Shown here: positions 58,469 to 64,000 of the stretch, piece after piece | Numbering within the stretch: the stretch's first letter is position 1 | How the letters are laid out: every line of letters begins with the position of its first letter | Translations under genes and position numbers: made by a program | NCBI GenBank assembly: GCA_965215005.1 | Contig: CBDCCZ010000038.1 | Span: 64,001 to 128,000 of the forward strand | DNA length: 64,000 nucleotides | Source of the DNA: Kofleriaceae bacterium | GTDB lineage: Bacteria > Myxococcota_A > Polyangia > Haliangiales > Haliangiaceae | Reading direction: 5' to 3' | Notes under the pieces: model-generated | What the model saw: the letters and a program-made list of their open reading frames with translations, nothing else | The model's database searches: none | Told to the model about the DNA's origin: nothing

Positions 58469-59818
58469 ATGAAGAGGATTGCATCGGTGTGTCTGGGCCT
58501 GCTCGCGTTGACTCCCAGCGTGGCCAGCGCGTACTCGCTGAGCGAAAGCTCCAGCGGCGCCACCGTGCGCTGGCAGCGCCCCGACATCGAAATCGACCTC
58601 AACCTCGCCGGCGGCCCGGGCGAGCTCGCCGCCGGGCGCACGCGGAAAGCCGTGGAAGGCGCCTTTCGCACCTGGGCGGCACAGCTGCCCGCGCCGATGA
58701 CGCTTCGAGCGCAGCTCGCCACCGGCGCCGACGCCGCGCTCTCGACCGTGACTGACGACCACCTCAACGTCGTCCGATGGGTCATGAATGAAGAGGATGA
58801 GGATTTTCAGCCCGACGCGTTGGCAACCACCTTCGTCACCTATTCGACGCGCAGCGGCGCCATCGTCGATGCCGACATCGTGATCAACGCGGCCCGCTAC
58901 ACCTGGACCGACGACGCCGAGCTCACCTGCGACAATCGCTATGACCTCGAAAACGTTCTCGCGCACGAGGTCGGTCACTTGCTGGGACTTGGCCACGCGC
59001 CCGAAGTCCACGACTCGACCATGTACCCAACCGCGGGGCCCTGTGAGACCGCCAAGCGCGACCTCGACAGCGACGACATCGGGGGCGTGCGGGCGCTCTA
59101 TGCCGACGCGCCGATAATGCTGGCCGCCGCCGCGGCCGAACGAGAAGCCGCGCCAATGAGCTGCGCGCAATCGTCGATTACTGGCAACCTCGGCAGTGGC
59201 CTCGGCACCGTGCTGCTGATTGCCGCCGCGGCGTGGCTCGCAACGCGCCGCCGGGGCGGTGCTGCGGCCACTGTCATGCTCGGAGTGGCCGTGGCGGCTT
59301 CTAGCGCCAACGCTTCGGTGCTGCGCCACTATTCGCTCGACGAAATGGTCGACGCGGCCGCCGTGGTGACGCGGGCGCAGGTGCTATCGCAAACGGTCGT
59401 GTTCGAACGCGGTCGCGTCTATACCGACAGCACCATTGCGGTGCTCGAGTGCTGGGCCGGCGACTGCACGAGCGAGCGCTTGGTGGTGCGGCAGCGCGGT
59501 GGCGAGCTCGGTGACACGACTGTGATCGTGTCGGGCATCGCGCCGCTGGCGGTGGGCGACGACGTGGTGTTGTTTCTGCGTCCAACGCGCTCGCAGCGCT
59601 TGACCGTGGTTGGCCTTGCGCAGGGTCGCTTCAAGGTGGTGGCGCGCTCGCTGGCGCTGCGCGACTTGCGCCAGATCACCCGAGTAGACGCCACGGGGAA
59701 GGCTCGGGAGGGAACCGTTGACGGCTTTCCAATGGCGGATTTGCGCGCTCGAGTCAAGGCCCGGAGCGCGCTGAAACTGGAGCGCGAAAGGCTCGCCCAT
59801 GATCCCGCAGGTGATTGA
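58469..59818 (+). CDS. Matrixin (M10) metalloprotease fused through a MYXO-CTERM-like segment and second signal peptide to an exported beta-rich domain
   Basis: Signal peptide, DADI.IN, HEVGHLLGLGH, STMYP Met-turn, SC...LLIAAAAWLATRRR, then ..VAVAASSANA and a second domain. Confidence 0.88.
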   Translation: MKRIASVCLGLLALTPSVASAYSLSESSSGATVRWQRPDIEIDLNLAGGPGELAAGRTRKAVEGAFRTWAAQLPAPMTLRAQLATGADAALSTVTDDHLNVVRWVMNEEDEDFQPDALATTFVTYSTRSGAIVDADIVINAARYTWTDDAELTCDNRYDLENVLAHEVGHLLGLGHAPEVHDSTMYPTAGPCETAKRDLDSDDIGGVRALYADAPIMLAAAAAEREAAPMSCAQSSITGNLGSGLGTVLLIAAAAWLATRRRGGAAATVMLGVAVAASSANASVLRHYSLDEMVDAAAVVTRAQVLSQTVVFERGRVYTDSTIAVLECWAGDCTSERLVVRQRGGELGDTTVIVSGIAPLAVGDDVVLFLRPTRSQRLTVVGLAQGRFKVVARSLALRDLRQITRVDATGKAREGTVDGFPMADLRARVKARSALKLERERLAHDPAGD

Positions 59819-59902
59819 TATCACTGAATAAGTTCGTTCCTGATGCGAGTCCGTGGGCGGCGAACTTGACTTGCCCACGGGCTTTGCAATGCTCGGGGAA
59901 CC

Positions 59903-60010
59903 GTGAGGTCCCAAAGCGACGAAACCACGCGTGACGGCGAGCCTGGCCTGGGCACCATCGCGCTGGCCTTGGCCGCGCTGATGTTGGCGGTGGTCGGCTA
60001 CTTCCTCTAG
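59903..60010 (+). CDS. Putative 35-aa single-TM micro-protein
   Basis: GTG..TAG gives MRSQSDETTRDGEPGLGTIALALAALMLAVVGYFL. GGGGAA upstream, GC-rich third positions. Confidence 0.5.
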   Translation: MRSQSDETTRDGEPGLGTIALALAALMLAVVGYFL

Positions 60011-60078
60011 CGCGTCAGGCGATGCACTGGCCTTGGCCACGCTGCTCATCGCCCGGCACGACTGCTGCGACGCTCGGC

Positions 60079-61080
60079 TTACAACTCTTCGAGCAGACGC
60101 GCGGCGGCGTCGATGAGCGGCAATGCGAGCGCGGCACCCGCGCCCTCGCCATGCGACAGCCCCAAATCGAACAGCGGCACCAGCCCCAACGCACCGAGCG
60201 CCTGGCGATGGCTCGGCTCGCTGCCAGCATGGGCGGCGATGAGATACCCCGGCACCGCCGGCGCGAGCCGGGCGGCAATGAGCGCGGCCGCGCTGGTGCC
60301 GTGGTCGTCGAGCACCACCGGCACCGAGATGGCCGCTGCAGCGAGGATCAGTCCGGCTAGCACCCCGAGGTCGTAGCCGCCGAGCTGCGCCAGGAGCGCG
60401 ATCGGCTCGGCGGCCAGCGGCGCGTTGGCGGCGAGCGCCGCGTCCACCACCGCGCGATCCACGGCACTCGCCACGGCAGCGGTCTCGGCACCGGTGAGCG
60501 CCGCGATCACCGCCGCGCTCACCGGCTGCGCCCCCGGCGCGAGCTGTCCTACCGCCAGCACATCGAGGCCTTCGTCGGCCAGCGAAAGCAGCGCCGCGAT
60601 GCCGGTTTGCACCGCCAGCAGCGCCACGCTGCTCGGCATCGCGGGGCCAACGCTGATGTCGCCGGTGCCATCGCCGAGGCGCAGATCCACCACTCCGTCT
60701 GCCAGCCACCGCTGGCCGCCGCGAACCCCTGCATCGAGCACCACCACGCGCGCTCCGGCGGTCCGCGCGACGGCGTTGACCGCGGCGCCGCCAGCCGCAA
60801 TGTGCTGGGCACCTACCACCGCCGGGCTGTGCACCCCGAGGTCGACGCGGGGATCGGCGATGCCATGGTCGGCGGCTACGCATAGTACGACTCGCCGCGC
60901 GAGCGCCGGCCGCGGCGCATGCCGCGCTGCACAGAGGCGCTCGATCAGATGGCCCACCGCGCCCAGCTCGCGACCTCCGCGCTGCGCCGCCAACCGCTGC
61001 CGAACGCCCAGTGCCTGCGCCTCACTGGCCGGGCTGATGCTGGCAACCAGCGCGTCGATCACCTCGCGCACGTCGCTCAC
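60079..61080 (-). CDS. cobT: Nicotinate-nucleotide-dimethylbenzimidazole phosphoribosyltransferase
   Basis: AADHGI, GGAAVN, GTGDI..GPAM, LGG, VVLD, H...EP.H, LGL..GEGAGA. Somewhat divergent. Confidence 0.85.
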   Translation of the reverse strand: MSDVREVIDALVASISPASEAQALGVRQRLAAQRGGRELGAVGHLIERLCAARHAPRPALARRVVLCVAADHGIADPRVDLGVHSPAVVGAQHIAAGGAAVNAVARTAGARVVVLDAGVRGGQRWLADGVVDLRLGDGTGDISVGPAMPSSVALLAVQTGIAALLSLADEGLDVLAVGQLAPGAQPVSAAVIAALTGAETAAVASAVDRAVVDAALAANAPLAAEPIALLAQLGGYDLGVLAGLILAAAAISVPVVLDDHGTSAAALIAARLAPAVPGYLIAAHAGSEPSHRQALGALGLVPLFDLGLSHGEGAGAALALPLIDAAARLLEEL

Positions 61081-61087
61081 CGCCGAA

Positions 61088-61224
61088 GCCTACCACTGCC
61101 GCGGCCTCACCGGCCGACGAGGCGTGCCGCGACGGCCACCTCGCCACCTCAGCACCTCGATTGCCTCGCGGCTCACCGCGCGGCCTACCACTGCCGCGGC
61201 CTCACCGGCCGACGAGGCGCGCCG
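61088..61224. repeat. Direct repeat of 37 identical bp, two copies with a 95-bp period
   Basis: GCCTACCACTGCCGCGGCCTCACCGGCCGACGAGGCG at 61088-61124 and 61183-61219. Confidence 0.9.
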
Positions 61225-61244
61225 ATGAGACTGCGTTCTTGGCG

Positions 61245-61796
61245 TTACTGAAGGTCGCGGAACAGAAAGTCGGTCTGCGCGTCCTCGTGGCAGTTGATGC
61301 AACTGTCCATCTTGCCTTGTTGCATGGCAGTGGTGCCATTTGGCTCATAGACACCCCAAAACCAGTTGGCCGCTTCGGCGTTGTAGCCTTCGCCCATCTT
61401 CACCATCACAGTGAGATTCTTTGCTTCGCTCGCGTCCATGGTGGGGTATTGCGCCTTCACCACCTTTGCCCCTTCGGGCAGCTCTTGGCCATCGAGATAG
61501 GCTTGCGCCCACTCCGTTGGCACATAGATGTCGACGTACATGTTGCTGTGCGATTGCGATAGCGAGCGCTGCGTCGAGACCTTCTGCCAGCTCTGCCAAT
61601 CAGCCACCGGCACCTCAGCGGCATTCTCCGAGCCGCCGCCGCACGGGTTGTCGCCGCCGCACGGATTGTCGCCGCCGCACGGATTGTCGCCGCCGGTCTG
61701 CGGCATGGTATCGGCGCTGTCGCTCTTCTGGCCGCCACCACAACCGAAGGCCAAGAGTGGGATAGCAGCGAGTGCGAGGACGATTCGAGTCTGCAT
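61245..61796 (-). CDS. Cytochrome P460-family c-type cytochrome lipoprotein
   Basis: Lipobox AFGC, SH...YV.IYV, P.GA.VVK, VMVK..GY....NWFW, C-terminal CINCH, DFLF. AGGAG RBS. Confidence 0.85.
   Translation of the reverse strand: MQTRIVLALAAIPLLAFGCGGGQKSDSADTMPQTGGDNPCGGDNPCGGDNPCGGGSENAAEVPVADWQSWQKVSTQRSLSQSHSNMYVDIYVPTEWAQAYLDGQELPEGAKVVKAQYPTMDASEAKNLTVMVKMGEGYNAEAANWFWGVYEPNGTTAMQQGKMDSCINCHEDAQTDFLFRDLQ
61641..61694 (-). repeat. 18-bp tandem repeat, three copies, encoding GGDNPC
   Basis: GCACGGRTTGTCGCCGCC three times on the + strand. Confidence 0.95.
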
Positions 61797-61844
61797 TCAG
61801 TTCTCCTTGAGCTATGCGCCAACGATGCGCACCGGCGCCGCATG

Positions 61845-61860
61845 TGCAGCCTACGTGCCG
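61845..61860 (-). promoter_or_regulatory. Putative sigma-54 (-24/-12) promoter for the cytochrome gene
   Basis: Minus strand reads CGGCACGTAGGCTGCA, i.e. GG-N10-GC, close to the TGGCACG-N4-TTGCW consensus. About 50 nt upstream of the ATG. Confidence 0.5.
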
Positions 61861-62346
61861 CCCGCTGCATCGCCTCGCACTCGGATGTTTTCCTCCACCG
61901 CGAGGGAGCTTTCATTCCACGGTGGAGTGCGAAGTGGTTTCAGTGCCTGCCAACGGGCAGCTGCCCTTCGAGCTGACAGTTCTCGGCCGTGTGCGTAACC
62001 GCTCGCTGAGCGCGTGTGCCACAAGTGCCAGCAACGCGTACACCGCGAGGCCGTCAGCAGTGGGGAACCTCAACCCCCAGCGCTGGACGGCCGGCTTTTT
62101 GGGCGCGCTATTTTGTACGATAGAATACTATTTATCAGTGCTTTTGCAGTGTGACCATCGCCGCGCCCTTGGCGCTAAGCAGCAAGTCGCCTATGGGAGG
62201 CATCGATTCGCCCGGTTCGCCGCGAGCCGTAGGCCGGAATCGACCTCTTCGACGTTGCCCATCGCCGAACTCCCGCCTAAATTCCGTCTGTTGGACTCAC
62301 CTGAGAGCCTCCTACTCTACAGTGATCCACACCGGTCCCCTCTCGG

Positions 62347-64000
62347 ATGCACATTGATCCCCCCGAATCGGCTCTCGAGGCGCTCCTTCAACATTTGAAG
62401 GTCGAACGTGGATTCGACTTCACCGGCTATAAGCGCTCGACCCTGATTCGGCGCCTGCGTAAGCGGATCACGTCGCTCGGCATCGAGGACTTCGAGCGCT
62501 ATCGCGACTATTTGCAGGCCAATCCCGATGAGGCTGGCCCGCTGTTCGACACGCTGCTCATCAACGTCACCGCGTTCTTTCGCGACACCGAGGCGTGTCA
62601 GTTCCTCGCGCAGACTGTCATTCCGCAGCTGCTCGCCCATCGCGACGATCGCGATCCAATCCGGGTTTGGTCTGCCGGCTGCGCCTCGGGCGAAGAGCCC
62701 TTCACCGTCGCGATGCTCCTGGCCGATGCGCTCGGGCTCAAAGAGTACGGCCGCCGGGTCAAGATTTACGCCACTGACTTAGACGAAGCCGCGCTCGAGC
62801 AAGCGCGTCGCGGCCGCTACTCTAGCGAGTCCCTCGAGTCGGTGCCGGAGCGCTTCCGTCGGCGCTTCTTCGCCGAAGCCGATGGCTGCGGCGTCATCGA
62901 ATCGCAGCTGCGGCGGTCGGTGATTTTTGGTCGCCACGACTTGGTGCAGGACGCGCCGATTCCGCACCTGGACCTGCTCGTGTGTCGCAACGTCCTCATG
63001 TACTTCAACGCGGATTTACAGAGCCGCATCCTCGGGCGGTTTCACTTCGCGCTCGAGGAGCACGGCTTCTTATTTTTGGGACGCGCCGAGATGCTGCTCT
63101 CGCATCAGGCATTCTTCGCGCCGGTCGAGCTCAAGCACCGCATGTTTCATAAAGTCTCGCGCGCCCCTGCGCTGCATACCTTCGCTCCGGCCACCCGCGA
63201 GCGTCTCGACTTGCCTCATGACGAGAGCTCGCGGCACGCTTGGCTGCGCCAAGCTGCGCTGGAAGCGGCGCCGGTGGCGCAAATCGTCGTTGATGAACAG
63301 CGTCGGGTGGCGCTGTTCAATCATCAAGCCGAATTGCTGTTTCGTCTCGGCACTGCCGATTTCGGCAAGCCGCTGCAAGACTTGGAGCTCTCCTACCGGC
63401 CCCTCGAGCTGCGCAGTCTGATCGACGAGGCCGAACACAGCGGCGGCATCATCGAGCGCCAGTCCGTCGAGTGGCGCCTGGCCGGTGAACAAGATAGCCA
63501 GTTCCTCGACGTAATCGTGACGCCGCTGCAGCGCGAAGGTCGAATGTTGGGAATGGCGATCACGTTCAACGACGTGACCCATCGCCACGTGCTGCAGCTC
63601 CGCTTGCAGCGCTCGGGCGAAAACCTCGAAACCGCCTACGAGGAGCTTCAGGCCTCGAATGAGGAGCTCGAGACCACTAACGAGGAGCTGCAATCCTCGA
63701 ATGAAGAGCTCGAGACCACCAATGAGGAGCTGCAGGCGGCCAATGAGGAGATGGAAACCATCAATGAGGAGCTGCGCTCGACCAACGAGGAATACAGCCG
63801 CTCCAACGAACAGCTGCGCGAGCATGAGGCCGACCTCGAGAGAACCAACAGCTTTTTGCACGCCATCCTCGGCAGCCTGAGTGCCGGCGTGGCGGTGCTA
63901 GACAGCAACCTGCGAGTGACAGTCTGGAACGGGCAAGCGCGGGATCTGTGGGGTCTCCGGGACGATGAAGCGCTCGGAACGGCAATCGGTGATCTCGATA
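62347..64000 (+). CDS. CheR-family methyltransferase with PAS domains and coiled coil (runs off the window)
   Basis: Read manually from ATG 62347: GFDFTGYKRSTL, INVTAFFRD, RVWSAGCASGEE, ATDLD, CRNVLMYF, PAS, NEELETTNEELQSSNEEL heptads. Confidence 0.93.
   Translation, partial: MHIDPPESALEALLQHLKVERGFDFTGYKRSTLIRRLRKRITSLGIEDFERYRDYLQANPDEAGPLFDTLLINVTAFFRDTEACQFLAQTVIPQLLAHRDDRDPIRVWSAGCASGEEPFTVAMLLADALGLKEYGRRVKIYATDLDEAALEQARRGRYSSESLESVPERFRRRFFAEADGCGVIESQLRRSVIFGRHDLVQDAPIPHLDLLVCRNVLMYFNADLQSRILGRFHFALEEHGFLFLGRAEMLLSHQAFFAPVELKHRMFHKVSRAPALHTFAPATRERLDLPHDESSRHAWLRQAALEAAPVAQIVVDEQRRVALFNHQAELLFRLGTADFGKPLQDLELSYRPLELRSLIDEAEHSGGIIERQSVEWRLAGEQDSQFLDVIVTPLQREGRMLGMAITFNDVTHRHVLQLRLQRSGENLETAYEELQASNEELETTNEELQSSNEELETTNEELQAANEEMETINEELRSTNEEYSRSNEQLREHEADLERTNSFLHAILGSLSAGVAVLDSNLRVTVWNGQARDLWGLRDDEALGTAIGDLD

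Noticed and set aside
61088..61219. CRISPR mini-array (37-bp repeats)
   Set aside because: Only two copies, a 58-nt spacer, no typical repeat terminus, and no cas genes or AT-rich leader.
61081..61244. Cobalamin riboswitch upstream of cobT
   Set aside because: No recognisable B12-box on the minus strand, and a -10 box sits directly before the start. An Rfam scan would settle it.
63640..63792. 21-bp periodic repeats as a DNA repeat element
   Set aside because: They encode the standard NEELxxx heptad coiled coil of CheR-PAS proteins.

Overview
64 kb of GC-rich bacterial chromosome, densely coding with about 58 CDS. The gene content points to a myxobacterium (Myxococcota-like; an inference): PilZ proteins, two sigma-54 response regulators, a membrane Ser/Thr kinase, a MerR-TPR protein, a MYXO-CTERM-like sorting signal and a CheR-PAS protein. 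Recognisable housekeeping genes include pspA, uppS, cdsA, gshB, add, a metB-family lyase, astA, ssb, rseP, uvrC, ftsK, lolA, gpmI and cobT. No rRNA, tRNA, CRISPR array, transposase or integrase was recognised. The main candidates for undescribed systems are: (1) an operon at 42982-47691 encoding an ATP/ADP-translocase-family (NTT) carrier, an Omp85 barrel and a lipoprotein with atypical-kinase motifs, which suggests an extracytoplasmic kinase fed by exported nucleotide; (2) a radical SAM/SPASM enzyme coupled to a 73-aa membrane-anchored peptide with an NPNSSS motif (28765-30256); (3) a matrixin protease with an internal sorting signal followed by a second signal peptide, which looks like a polyprotein (58469-59818). 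At least eight genes have a TAnnnT box 6-7 nt before the start codon, suggesting leaderless mRNAs. A cluster of +1 frameshifts at about 51.5-56.5 kb is most likely sequencing error.
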